NCBI GenBank assembly: GCA_030265395.1
Contig: JARFYF010000036.1
Coordinates: forward strand, 27,244,397 to 27,308,396
Source: Rhina ancylostomus
Lineage: Eukaryota
DNA length: 64,000 nt
Direction of reading: 5' to 3'
The position numbers and the translations under genes were made by a program. This document shows positions 37,692 to 50,589 of the stretch, piece by piece. The notes below the pieces were generated by a model. It did not search any database. It had not been told where the DNA came from and saw only the letters and a list, made by a program, of their open reading frames with translations. Within the stretch, counting starts at the first letter, position 1. Every line of letters begins with the position of its first letter.

Positions 37692-38378
37692 CTGTTAAAA
37701 GACACAATCAGTTATGCAGTCTGACACAGAAAATGAGACTCAAAGACTTTACATGAAGTTTCATTAAAGTCGCTGTCAGAATACAGAATTATTGTGGGTT
37801 TAAAAATAAACACTTTTCAAATTGGCAAATCACTGATCTGCTTCTTGGTCTGAACAGTTCTTCACTTGTGCTGTTCTCTGGATGAAAGTAGTTTGGTGTA
37901 ATTAGTTATATTAGATTAAAGGCAAAACTCTTTAGACTAATTGGCAAATGAGTGATCTGATTCGGGTTAGCCAATATTTTACTGCTACTTAAAATGGTTA
38001 TCATTTCCAGAACAAAATTTATGTGGAGATTAGAAATGATTTAAGTATAATCTTTCAACTCTTTTACTTCCCTGTGTGCCCTTGTTTACTTTAAATTCAT
38101 TTATAACCTTATGAGCAATTTCCCAGGTACTATAAGTTTAATTGTAGGTCAGGAGCCTACCAACATCATTGACTCTAATATTAAATAAACAGCTTCATTT
38201 CAGTGTGTTAATAATTAGGTGAACATGGATTACAGTATAATTCTTCACTTTCTTCTCTTACTCNNNNNNNNNNNNNAGTATCTTCTCAAAACCTTCCCCC
38301 ATGTTAAAGAGGAAAAGAAAGCAGAATCCAGTCAGACTAGGATGTATACTTGTGACAAATCTAGTTGATCTTCCATAC

Positions 38379-38510
38379 CTGTGCAGCATCAAGCTCATTC
38401 AACATTACTATTGCTGAGCAATGGTAATCAAACACTAATCTCCAGAAGTCAGTCACAGTGTTCGGTAAAGGATGCTGTGTAACGATAAATGCTGCAGGCT
38501 GTTTGTGGCT
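38379..38510 (-). CDS. PTPRT: PTPRT exon, D2 ([44 protein letters not shown]), 132 bp
   Basis: Acceptor tttctcag| and donor |gtatgg; TQHPL and DFWRL motifs. Confidence 0.95.
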
Positions 38511-38779
38511 CTGAGAAAGTGATAAAATGCAACATTAGTTAACAATGTCATGTGTATATTTTATAGCAAATATAAATGTGTTAATTTCAACAGCATAATA
38601 ATTGATAATATGACATTCAATTCAAAAAATTAATTTGAAGTTAAAAATGTGAATGGAACATTCACATTTACATTCAGTCCTTAAACTGAGAAAAATTACA
38701 TATTTATAGCTGTACATGTGTAGGTTTAGTGATAGAGGGAAAACAGGATTTTTTATTCTTTTATTTTATTATTTTTTAT

Positions 38780-39125
38780 TTACTCTTCTCCCCCCTCCCA
38801 TTAGGCAGAAAATACAAAAGCCTGGAAGTACATACCACCAGGCTCAAGGACAGCTTCTATCTTGCTGTTATAAGACTATTGAACAGTTCCCTTGTACGAT
38901 AAAATGGACTCTTGACCTCACAATCTACCTCGTTATGGCCTTGCACCTTATTGTCTACCTGCACTGCACTTTCTCTGCAGCTGTAACACTTCTCTGCATT
39001 CTGTTATTGTTTTCCCTTGTACTATCTCAATGCACTGTTGTAATGAAATGATCTGTATGGACAGCATGTAAAACAAGTTTTTCCACAGTACCTCAGTACG
39101 TGTGACAATAATAAACCAATTTACC
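38780..39125 (+). mobile_element. Rex1/Babar-like LINE 3' end (same family as 1414-2495)
   Basis: Close reverse complement of 1414-1755 (accaccaggctcaaggacagcttctatc...gacctcacaatctacctc...gtacctcagtac). Confidence 0.85.
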
Positions 39126-39277
39126 ATCTGACATGAGAAGAAACTGAGAGACACAAATTACTTGTAGATGAAGCAGTTATAAAGTTAGAGACTATTGTAA
39201 CAAGACATTTTGGTTAGGCTTTTGTAATTAGGGTGTGTGATCTAAAGGCCTTTGAAAACAGGTGAGATTTAAAAACG

Positions 39278-39398
39278 GAAAATGCTGGAAATACTAAACA
39301 GATCAGGCAGCATCTGGAAAGAGAAACACAGATGCTGGCTGAGCTGCTGAGTGTTTCCTAGCTCTTTCTATTTTTATTTCAAACTTCTTGCTTCTGCC
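39278..39398. mobile_element. Fold-back Penelope-derived short element
   Basis: gaaaatgctggaaatact...ggcagcatctg and cagatgctggctgagctgctgagtgtttcc form inverted arms. Confidence 0.65.
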
Positions 39399-40840
39399 AC
39401 TTTTTTAATTTCACAGGGTGTGATATCAAGATAATCGCTGAGCTACTGGAGAAGCAGATGAAGAGCTAATTAAAGGGAGAACTACTTAACCAGGAACATA
39501 GCTTTGGTGAGGTGCCATTAGATGATAACTTATTCAGAAATATACAGTTCTGGTTCCTATCAGTGACTTCTGAGCACTTTTTTTGATTGAACAGTATTAG
39601 AGATCAGAGATCCAAAGTTGTGCAAAATAGAAAGCAAGACCATCAATGGAATGATTGTGCAGAACACTAAGCTGACAACCTTAGTAGAGTATGGAGTTTG
39701 CTGGATTTCAAGTTGATATTTAGCAGCATCCATAACTTTTTGCAATTTTAGATAGTATTATTAAGCAGCTAGTGTGGGGTAGTATATCATAAGGATAGGG
39801 AACGAGCGAGTGTTTAAAAGGACAAGGGACTAGAAGTAAGCACAAGTGAAAACAAAGCCCATTTAGTGCAGGGGTGTCAGGGCAAATAAGTTGGATTAGA
39901 GTTCCAACATGTATCAAGAATCAAGCAGTTCTGGGTCTCCTGGAGATTAAACCTGATGTTAGTTGTAATACCAGCAGAAATTTATTTGCTAATATCAGAA
40001 AGTTTAGAGAATTAGTTCAGCTCTGAGTATAGCATGAAACTTTTCAAGAAGTTCACATGGAAACATGCATTTCTATATCACCAGTTTTGAATGGACAGAA
40101 CCTCACTGAACCCAGTTCTCATCCAGCCCCACAATGGTGCACCAAAGCGCCTACTTCTGTGCTGACTTTATGATTGCACTAATGTTACTTGACTGAGTGG
40201 CCCCTGCTGTAGTCATTTCACAAGGTGGAGCAGGCAGTGAGAGGTGACCAGACTCAGGCAGTACAACCTAACACCATGCCAGGGAATAATCTCATGGCTT
40301 TCTGATAGTTCATGCTTTCGGAAGATCTTTTCACTGTTTCTCATTGTCTCTGATATGCGGTGACAATTACAAACAGTTGAAAAATAATTACAAAAATCAA
40401 AAGCTATCAGTAAAAAAAATTTAAAACACATAAACTTATACAAATGAATTGAAACATTAGTTTAAGTGAAGTGAAATAAAACAAACCATTCACCTGCTTC
40501 ATGAGATTGATGAAATGCTGCTGCCCTAACAAGTGCAGCTAAAGCATAGCCTAGGGGCCACAAACAAAAGTGTCGCCAGTCCCCCAGCTCAAGCTCATCA
40601 GCAACACCCAATGCCTGTGTCTGACCTTCCTGCTGTTCTTTCCTTCCATGCTGCATTTCCCAAACTTTGAAGTTCAGAATGCACTGCAGGTAGCCAGTGG
40701 TTCTGTATGGAGCCACCTGACAGCTGTAGGCAAAATCTGGCCTAATGTTCCTCTGTTAGCAGAGCTGTATTGGGTGTAGATAAAATGGACAAACTGCAAA
40801 GCTTTATACAAATATTGATTAAGGTTTTTATTTTGCTTAC

Positions 40841-41014
40841 GTCCATAAGTGCAGCATTTATATAGTTGCTTGTTTCACCATCTACAGAAATGAGGAATGG
40901 GAGACACCTGTCCGGAGGGAGCACATCCATGTTCCGGTTCTTGTCATGATTGCGTGGAAGGAGACCAACACTGCAATCCTCAGCTCGTACACGAGGAGTC
41001 ACAATATTCAGTGT
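40841..41014 (-). CDS. PTPRT: PTPRT exon, start of D2 ([58 protein letters not shown]), 174 bp
   Basis: Acceptor tttgcag| and donor |gtaagc; KNR and YINA motifs. Confidence 0.96.
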
Positions 41015-41789
41015 CTGCAAATGAAAGTTACAAATGAGGATGCTGAGCAATTGTTAATTTTCCACTTTTCATTTATATTTTAGACAAAATGGTTACATCC
41101 TTCTGCTAATTGTCTCTCTCATTTTCCTAAACAGCTTTGATTTCTGGCTACCATGTGTGGTAACATCATTTGTGTGTTCAAAAAAATTTCCTCTGGTTCT
41201 GTAGTTGCATGAAAATTTAAAAATAAAGGAACTTCTTGTGAACTCTTTAACACAGTTGACTAATAATGATTAGAGCAACTTATCTCCCATTAATATATAC
41301 AGGTTGAGTGCTATTAGGTTCTATAATAATACTATTTCTGCACAGGCGCATAGATGTTGCTAGCTAAGAGAATGAGTTTGGTTGCTTATATGTAATTTGG
41401 ATTTGAACAGATTTTAATATGTCATCAGATCAGTTTTAAAAATCTCACAGCACTTTCCCAACATTTCAGTTCATTCTAATGGAATATTAACAGTTAATTG
41501 CCTCCATATCTTATTGGTTATTGCAATCACCTGCTTTTCTTCAGCTAAACATAAAGGAAAACTGTTGTTTTCTGCATCTCACAGTTCCGGTAATTTATTT
41601 TTCTCTCAACTGTTTTCATTCATCTCCCTGTGTATATACTTACCTAAAAAGCTGAGATTAATAAGACTTGTTAGCCTCTCATAGCCTTTGTGTCACCTGG
41701 GCAATCTTGGTTTCCACGTTATTACAGATATTCCCATTGTTCTCACCAATGCCTCTCCTCCCTGCAGCTAAAACTCTTTTGATCACTTG

Positions 41790-41875
41790 TTCTGATGAAA
41801 GGTCATTGTTCTGAAATAACTCTGTTTCTTTCGCCATAGGTACTGCCTCACCTGTTGAGTACCTCTTGCATTTTA
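41790..41875 (+). mobile_element. Penelope-derived repeat with decayed hammerhead core
   Basis: tCTGATGAaaggtcattgttctGAAAtaac followed by the family tail. Confidence 0.55.
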
Positions 41876-43571
41876 ATTTTATAAAAGAAAACTTTGTGGA
41901 TATTAATTTCTGTTATATAAAAATATTGAGTTGAGAAAAAATATTGAATACCTCTACACAAAATTAGATTTTATTTATATTTCTAAAGTGCTCGCAGTGT
42001 TTTACATGAAAAAATCCTATTTATTTGAACTTATCCCTGCAAATTATCAATCCTACTTGAATTTAAAAGTTCAGTGCTTCATCATAATCATCCTTCTTGA
42101 CAATCTATTCCAGCTGCTGATCAACCTCTGTGTAAAGAAATGTTTGTCCTAAAAATACTCTTTCCAGTCTAGAAGCTGACATTTGTCATTCTTCCTAGGC
42201 AGACTTGTACAAGGTTTATCTTAATTATTTTCTGATGTATCTTGTACATTTCTTCAAGATCTCCTCCGATGTCCTTTTTAGTAACTAATGTACTTAAGGT
42301 TATTCCCTCTAATATTGTGAATTAGCTCTACTTAGCACTGCTCTATGATAATGCCCCAGGGAAGGAAAATTGATTTGCAGTTTAAAATGCAGTTAAAGAG
42401 CTCCAGTGATGTGTAAAAATTGACAACAAAATCATCACAGGAATGTAGAACGCTAAAACAGCAATGCTATTTCAGAGAAGATCTTTGAAGGTGATAGATT
42501 TCAGTGCGCAACTTTTGCAAATATTAAGTAAGATTAGCAACGTTTTAGTATTAGTAAAATTGGAATAAACCATATAAATGACTTCTACAATATACTTCGT
42601 ATTTAACAAATCTCACATCCTGTACTAATGCTTTACTAACTACAGATAGCCATGAATATAGTATATCACATTCATTTCTCAGCATCATATCTTAACAATG
42701 GCCAATATTCCATTCACTACAGTAATTGTAATTCACTTATCACAAGCTCAATATATCAGTTTTATAACCTAAATTTGTCAAATTGCTTCTCATATTTGTG
42801 TCATCATGCACACTCTGATTCATATTGCAACTCTCACTGCAGCTCGCTGTGACCAATGGACTTTTTTATTTCTCTTCTGGCACTTGGAGTCAATGCCTTT
42901 GAACATCCCTCTCTGAATGGCTTCCAGCTGCAAACAGCACAGCCATCTTGGTTCTTAACCTTCTTGTGGCATCAGCTCTTACTTCCGCAGAGTCACCCGT
43001 CGTCACTATGCAGTTGTCCCTATGCATACCCTTGATCACCTTCCCAGAGGAGAAGGGCTGCCAATTTCTCATTCATCATAGTCACTTTGTTTGACATTAT
43101 AGCCATTGTTCAAGTATGGCCATATCTGTGAGCTGGTTGCCAATGGATTCCACCTGAGTAGTGGTCTTCTTGGGTGGGGACAAATCCACCTCACAGCCTG
43201 AGTGACTCCTGGATATCATCACTGCCCAATGTTGCAATTCTTTTAAATGTACAGTCCCTCAACTCAAGTGACTCAATCCAATTAATGCCCATCACTACAA
43301 TTGGTAGCTGAACCCATCTGTCTCCACTGACATTCAGACAGTCTAGCTCTACCAGAACCTGGAGAATTCTCCTGCTTAGATGCCCAACACCCAGATTACT
43401 TTTCTGCAAAAAAAGTGCTTGAGATATATTTGGGGCAGACCTTGTCCAGTGGTGAAACCAGTCTGCCGCAACATTGATACCTATAGTGATAATGGTGTCT
43501 TCAGTTGATAAGTGGGCTATAAATATATTGCTGAGAAGTCACACTGTGAATTCCTTTAACATGCTCTCCAA

Positions 43572-43690
43572 TTCTGATGCAGGGTTTTGACCTGAAACAT
43601 CGAGAATTACAAATGCTGCTCGACCCATTGAGTTCCTCCAGCAGATTGTTTATTGCTCCAAATTCCAGCATCTGCAGTCTCTTTTGTATC
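43572..43690 (+). mobile_element. Penelope-derived repeat with hammerhead-like head
   Basis: CTGATGC-a-GGGT-tttg-ACCT-GAAAcatcg, then gagttcctccagca...ccagcatctgcagtctc. Confidence 0.7.
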
Positions 43691-44802
43691 TGTGTAACTG
43701 TGTATCTCTAAAAATGTTGGTTTAAATGGTCCCATCAGAACCTTTACAATATTCTTACAGAAGCTATCATCTGTGGTCAGTGATTCTGTTAGGCTTACTT
43801 ACATATTGTATGTTTTTAGTCCTAGCGCTAGTACAGCTACATTACTCTGTTCTCAGTCCTCTCCCCAAACCACAACAGTATATTTGGCTATCATCATTGG
43901 ATCTCCAAACTGTTCCATGCATATAGCAAACTGTTATGAGCATTTATACTTTTCCAGCTCACTAACATTTCTGTCACATCCACTGTCTTCCATCAGTACC
44001 ACGCAGATGCAAATACTGATTAAGAATCTTACTAACACCCATGAGTACAGCATTTATGGAGCTGCATCTATAGAAATAAGGACTGGAAGATATCAGTATC
44101 TAACCACACAGGAGTCCACTGCTCAGAGGTCTGAATAAATGTTCTGGTAATGAGATTATGTGCAGCCTGATCATTGAATTGTGTGGTTTTAACACAATCC
44201 TGAGGGATTTTAACGTATCTAATAATCTTCAATTCTATTTGGTTTGTTTATTTCCATCATATGTTGTTTGAACATAATCTGGTAAGTGCAAATACACAAC
44301 CTTCAGTCTTTTTCAACTCACCACATCCTCAGAAACAGGAGGAGATGGGGCAGGTATTCACCCAGAACACTCTCATCTTCGACGATAGTTCCCCCAAATC
44401 TACATTGCATTTTGGCTCATTGCTAATACACATCCATGTTTGAAATATTGTTTTTTGTTTGTAATGCACAATTATAATAATACTGCATTCATAATAATAA
44501 TACATCAAAGCCTATTTAAATTCTATGATACACAAAATGCAATGACTTTTTATTCAGTTCAGAATACCATCTCATATAAGCACCCAAATATGAGGCAGGT
44601 TATGGCTAAAACCACTTTAGCTTTCGCTTATTAGGATATTTTACAAACTTCTATTTCATACCTGATAATGTGTGGGTGATTTTATCCCACACAAATCTAT
44701 TGTTTTGGAGGTAACCAGTCAGCTTCAATTATAAAAATACCATTGATTCACTTATGGCATTGGATATACTTCATTTATTCCACACATTCCTTATTTTAAA
44801 TT

Positions 44803-45081
44803 GATAGGGTTGTTAAGAAGGCATGTGGTGTGTTGGACTTCATTATTTAGGGTATTGAGTTCAAGAGCTGTCAGGTAATGTTGTAGCTCTATAAAGCTCT
44901 GGTTACACCACACTTGGAGTGTTGTGTTCAGTTCTAGTCACCTCAGTATAGGAAGGATGTGGAGGCTTTGGAGATGGTGTAGAGGAGATTTATCAGGATG
45001 CTGTCTGGATTGGAGAGCATGTCTTATGAGGATAGGTTCAGTGAGCTAGGGCTTTTCTCTTTGGAGAGGAGGAGGATGAGA
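44803..45081 (+). mobile_element. CR1 LINE RT C-terminal fragment running into a gap
   Basis: YKALVTPHLECCVQF*SPQYRKDVEALE...RRFIRMLSGLESMSYEDRFSELGLFSLERRRMR. Confidence 0.9.
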
Positions 45082-45828
45082 NNNNNNNNNNNNNNNNNNN
45101 NNNNNNNNNNNNNNNNNNNNNNNNNNNNNNNNNNNNNNNNNNNNNNNNNNNNNNNNNNNNNNNNNNNNNNNNNNNNNNNNNNNNNNNNNNNNNNNNNNNN
45201 NNNNNNNNNNNNNNNNNNNNNNNNNNNNNNNNNNNNNNNNNNNNNNNNNNNNNNNNNNNNNNNNNNNNNNNNNNNNNNNNNNNNNNNNNNNNNNNNNNNN
45301 NNNNNNNNNNNNNNNNNNNNNNNNNNNNNNNNNNNNNNNNNNNNNNNNNNNNNNNNNNNNNNNNNNNNNNNNNNNNNNNNNNNNNNNNNNNNNNNNNNNN
45401 NNNNNNNNNNNNNNNNNNNNNNNNNNNNNNNNNNNNNNNNNNNNNNNNNNNNNNNNNNNNNNNNNNNNNNNNNNNNNNNNNNNNNNNNNNNNNNNNNNNN
45501 NNNNNNNNNNNNNNNNNNNNNNNNNNNNNNNNNNNNNNNNNNNNNNNNNNNNNNNNNNNNNNNNNNNNNNNNNNNNNNNNNNNNNNNNNNNNNNNNNNNN
45601 NNNNNNNNNNNNNNNNNNNNNNNNNNNNNNNNNNNNNNNNNNNNNNNNNNNNNNNNNNNNNNNNNNNNNNNNNNNNNNNNNNNNNNNNNNNNNNNNNNNN
45701 NNNNNNNNNNNNNNNNNNNNNNNNNNNNNNNNNNNNNNNNNNNNNNNNNNNNNNNNNNNNNNNNNNNNNNNNNNNNNNNNNNNNNNNNNNNNNNNNNNNN
45801 NNNNNGTTTCAAGTTGAGACTGAGCAGA

Positions 45829-45958
45829 AGTCCTGATGTCGGGCTTCAACCCAAAATGTTGACTATCTATTTGCTTCCACAGGTACTACCTGACCTGCTG
45901 AGTTCTTCCACCAGTTTTATTTTGCTTCACATTACAGCATTTGCAGTCTCTTGTGTCT
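45829..45958 (+). mobile_element. Penelope-derived repeat with hammerhead-like head
   Basis: AGTC-CTGATGT-c-GGG-cttcaa-CCC-aaaatgtt-GACT followed by the family tail. Confidence 0.65.
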
Positions 45959-48364
45959 GGGATCAGACTGGACTTTGAATCGATGCCTCATTAAGCACCT
46001 GTGATGGCATCAAATTGGCTGAGCAGCTAATCACATTCTAGGCTTTTATGGACATTTATAGACAATGTACCAGGAAATTTTTAATAAATGTTTTAAACTT
46101 TATATTGAATACTAGATAGGACTAAAATATGCACATGTGATTAATGTAAAAGCCAAAATATCATAAAGTTAATATTGCTCATATATTGAAATATTCAATT
46201 AAGACAATTACAATGCATAGACATCAAATTAAACTTTTAGGGCTAAGTAGTTTGCTAAGCAGTCATTATAGATTAATATCCTGTTGAAAGCTCACAGGAC
46301 TCACAACTAAACATAAGATTTTAAGGACATTCTATTGTGCAACAAGTTGAAAAGCAGCTGAGATTCATGTTGTAAGGATTTCCTTTGTTTGTCATAAAGA
46401 AAGCTGCATATAGTAGCGCACTGGATCACTGACAACTTGCCCCACTTGCACAAAACTCTGAGTAATGATGATGCCAATCAATATTAGTTTGTTCTCAGTT
46501 TTTACCAAGAGTCTGGGCACTCTTGTTTAAATGTTGTTGCTTCCAGATTAAATAACAGAACAATGGAATATCGCAGTACAGAACTAGGCCTCTTGGCCTG
46601 TGACTGCATGGTGATTTTCTCCAAGAGGCATTGAGTGGAATCTCACATTCCTGCTCATTCCCTTCACCCTTCAGTCTTTTTGTTGGTTTCAAGCAAATGC
46701 CCAGTCCTTCCTAAAAGTATTTATTGATTGTGCCTCAGCAATAGCTTGTGTCAAAAAAAATCCATAGTCTATCCAGCTTCTAAATAAATTATTTATTTTT
46801 AACTCCCTTGTTTTGTGAATAGTTTGAATTTCTGCTGTCTTCTCACTGTTTAGCTAACAATTCTATTTGCCTTATTCTGACGTTTCAGGACATCTATGGG
46901 GCAATCCCCTAGCAAGTGTTCTGTATCCCAATCCTCGATCTACCTTTTCTGCTTTTGTCATATGCTTTCTGGATTGGGGTGCACAAAACTCCAGCTCTGA
47001 ATTAACTAAAGGCTTTGTATAACTCCCTCTTGCTTTTGCATTCCTGGGTTTCAATATGGAAAACAGCTTGACTTTCACTGTGTTGCATTGTTATCTTTAA
47101 TTTCCAATGTACATCAAAACTCAGGTAGGGACCTTCTTCTGTACTCATTTAATGACATACTGCATTTTCCTTTCCTTCTAAACTGAAAATCTTTGCTTAT
47201 TGAATTTACTGTTGAGTCTGAGCAGTTCAATTGAGAATCAAAGAACTTATTGATATCCCCTTTGGGGAGAAAATTGAAGGTTCTGAATGTCAGGATGTGT
47301 GTCAAACGTGTAAAGAATTTCCCTCAAAATTCGAAATGAACAGCATGAAGACAGCATTACAACACTGATACCTAGTACTTTCAATTCTAAATTATGAGTT
47401 TCAAGCTTTTTTTAAACATTCTGAAATATACTTACAAATGGCACTGACTATCAAATCAGCAATAGATGAATACGTGATAGTTGATGCCTGTACACTTAAA
47501 ATGATTTAATGTGTAACACCCACTATTGTCAAAAATCCACATTCCCATCAGTATATAATGGGCATTGAAATAACTACAATCTAAATACCTTGTTTAACAT
47601 CTTTGCAAAATTTTACTATGAAAAAGTTCCATACTTAAGCATCGTGAATTATGATGGATCAGTAGATTAAACATGGAGCAGGCAATTATCGGAAAATAAG
47701 GCTGCTAACTGAAATGACAGTAAAAGTCTGCAATAAAAGTAATGACTATAGAAAGTATGGAAACCTGGACAAAAATTTCTGCAAGGCTAAATTGGGAAAT
47801 AGACCATCCACATTTGTGCGTGTGTGTGCGTGATTCAGATCTCACTTTAGTCCTCAAATGGCACTCATTATGCTGAAATAATGGGCATTATTGATCCCAG
47901 CTTTTGCTTTGCCATCTCTCAAGTTCTGTGCTCTTGGTTTATTCCAAATATTTGCCAGGGATTTTAAAACTAGTATGTGAAGTGCCTGCACTCATTAAGC
48001 AGATACTTTGGCTAATGGAGGTTTACTTTCTTATGATTCAAGTGAATGATCATCAACAGCAAAGCAAAAGACTGATTTATAATTTAATTAATTTTGTTAA
48101 AGACGCTGGTCTCCTGGTCATGCACTCTGACTATTCTATGATGGCTAACCCACTGGCAGTGCATATATCAAATTCAGGCTGGAATTTCCCATGATATTTT
48201 GACCTTTGTGATTTCTGCCTTGGCTCCTTCAATTTTTATATTTCTTTGTTTTCTTATATCTTAGGATTCTGAAATAGATTTCAGGTAAATTTGAGAAGCC
48301 AACAATCCTGATACACTCCATAGCAACCTTGGTGTTCAGGTACATATTCATTAATTTTTACGGG

Positions 48365-48410
48365 CAAACATTCATGGATCAGGAGACAAACATTCATGGA
48401 TCAGGAGACA
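48365..48410. repeat. Perfect 22-bp tandem duplication
   Basis: caaacattcatggatcaggaga twice. Confidence 0.95.
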
Positions 48411-48724
48411 GAGTTCCATACTTAAATCCCTCTTCTGCACTCTAGTTGCACAAAGATCTAGGCTGGCAACACCTCGTCTCAGAATAGCCACCTAATCAGC
48501 AGGCCTGATTTGTGCAGCAGCAAGATATGTAATAAATCCCCAGCTATCAATATTTATTTTAATTAAAAAACTACAATGGTGGATTATACAGATTATCTCT
48601 CCGAATCTATATGCTCATCCAAGTTTAAAGATCATTATTGCCACATATATTGTGACTTTATTATTGATATTGTTTCTGCACATTAATATTCTGTGCTTCT
48701 CCCTGACAGTTACAATAAAAAATA

Positions 48725-49100
48725 CTTCTTGCATTCACACAGTGTCTTACCATGTCATTAAATAACTTCAAAGCACTTCACACAATGAATTACTTTTTTT
48801 GAAGTCAAGTGGTTATTAATATGCAAATGCTATTATGTAAGTAAATGTCACAGACATTGCCTGACAGCAATAACATGAAAGATCAGTGAATCTACTTATT
48901 GGTAATATTGGTTGGGTGAGGTACATTTATCAAGAACTCCCTCCTGTTTAAAAGTGTGCTTAGCATCCACACAAATGTGATTTTTGTTTAATGCCTCCTT
49001 TGAAGGATGGGATCTCTGAGAATAGAACACTTTGTCAGTGCTGTACAGGAATATCAGCCAGCACTGTGTGCCCAGTCCATGGTATTAGGGGCAAGAATGA
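48725..49100 (-). mobile_element. DeuSINE-like SINE, degenerate
   Basis: cttgcattcacacagtg...caaagcacttcaca..aatgaattactttt..gaagt resembles 3410-3500. Confidence 0.55.
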
Positions 49101-50153
49101 TATCATACGAACACAACTGATCGCTTGCTTGCTGCCCACAGGGGATGCGGCTGTATTGTTTGAAGGAAGAAATCTTTTCTGGGCCGGAACCTTCTTTTGT
49201 GCTCCTGGCAATATCACAAGGATACTTGAAACTTTCTGGTTTATCTTTCCAGAGGAGGTCTACAAGCCCACACATGGATTCCAATTACCTCTTAAATAAG
49301 TCCAGACTTTTCACCTCCACTACCCTTGGTGAAGAAAACCACCCCATTTGTGGCTGATGCAACTTGATGACATTGGTCCTTCATGTCTGTTTCTGCTGGT
49401 TTGAGTCTGTGCCTCTTTATGCCATTCTGATTGTTTAGATTGAAGTAATTTTTAACCTTCTTTCTTACACTGAATGCAAACTCACATATTATATAAAATG
49501 ACATCACCTGTGGATAAATATATATTCTTGAGGCACATCATGGATTTACAGTCAGCAAAATCATTTCTTTTGCAGCCTTATGCTCAGCATAGGATGGAAA
49601 TTCTTATGGATCCTCCAATGCATTGATTCACTTTCTATCAGTTAGAATGTCTGTGATTAGCTATCTCAACTCATTTGACTTGTTTGGTCCAACTAATTTG
49701 TCTTGATGCACTTTGTTGTGACTGTTCCTATTACATTTTAGAGGTCAATAATTCAGTGACTAAACCTAATATTTTGGCATGTTGAAGGGAGGATTTTCTG
49801 AGGTGCTGCTGCAAGTGAACAATCTCATTTGTCATCTGAAGCTAACATACTCATGATTTCCTGACATGTATGGATAACAGCAAAGCTCCTGCAGGAGACA
49901 ACTTGGAAAATTACTCCCTTTGTTGTTGATTGGATATGGGATGTGTTTGCTGATATTGGATTGGAAAGGACTGCATATCCCTTTGCTCTCAGTTTAAATG
50001 CCATTTGATTAACATAACTTGCAGATTTTATTGGATAACACATATGTTCAACATTTATATTAATTTAAAAAAAGCAACCTTGGCAGGAGGAATCTGAAAG
50101 TGCAAAATAAAAGATAAAATCTCAAGGCAGTGAAATCATTATTAATAAACCTT

Positions 50154-50348
50154 TGCTGTCTGTAAGGAGTTTGTATGTTCTCCCGTGTCTGCGTGGGTTT
50201 CTTCCGGGTGCCCTGGTTTCCTCCCACCTTCCAAAGACGTACAGGTAGGTTAAAATGGGCTTAAAAAACATGGGTGGCGCAGACTCATTGAGCTGGAAGG
50301 GCCTGTTGCCATGCTTTAAATAAAATTTAAAAAACAAATTAAAAAAAA
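50154..50348 (+). mobile_element. V-SINE-like fragment with A-rich tail abutting a PTPRT splice donor
   Basis: gctgtctgtaaggagtttgtatgttctcccgtgtctgcgtgggtttcttccgggtgccctggtttcctcccac, then gaagggcctgt tail and an A-tract. Confidence 0.85.
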
Positions 50349-50355
50349 CGGGTAC

Positions 50356-50491
50356 CTCTGTCTGTACCATGTTGACCCTCTGTGAACGGAGCTCTCTGAC
50401 ACAGTTGTAAACATCCACAACACCTTCACTTTCTGCCATATCGAGCATGATGTCGATAGCAATGAAACATCCTGTCCTTCCTGCGCCCGCA
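50356..50491 (-). CDS. PTPRT: PTPRT exon, D1 P-loop ([45 protein letters not shown]), 136 bp
   Basis: Acceptor ccttcag| and donor |gtaccc; completes [10 protein letters not shown]; contained in ORF 50122..50547. Confidence 0.95.
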
Positions 50492-50589
50492 CTGAAGGAG
50501 GAAAAAGTTAAAATGATATCGGAACAGCAACACACAGCAAAATGCATTCTGAAAGTCCAATTGTAATGCCAAGTTTAGGAAATCCCTGG

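Noticed and set aside
44998-45978. Long ORFs of 262-326 aa in the track
   Set aside because: Artefacts of translating through a 724-N gap; the flanks are CR1 and Penelope remnants.
47636-47655. Minus-strand IIHDA peptide resembling the missing PTPRT exon
   Set aside because: Immediately followed by a TAA stop, with no further similarity or splice sites.
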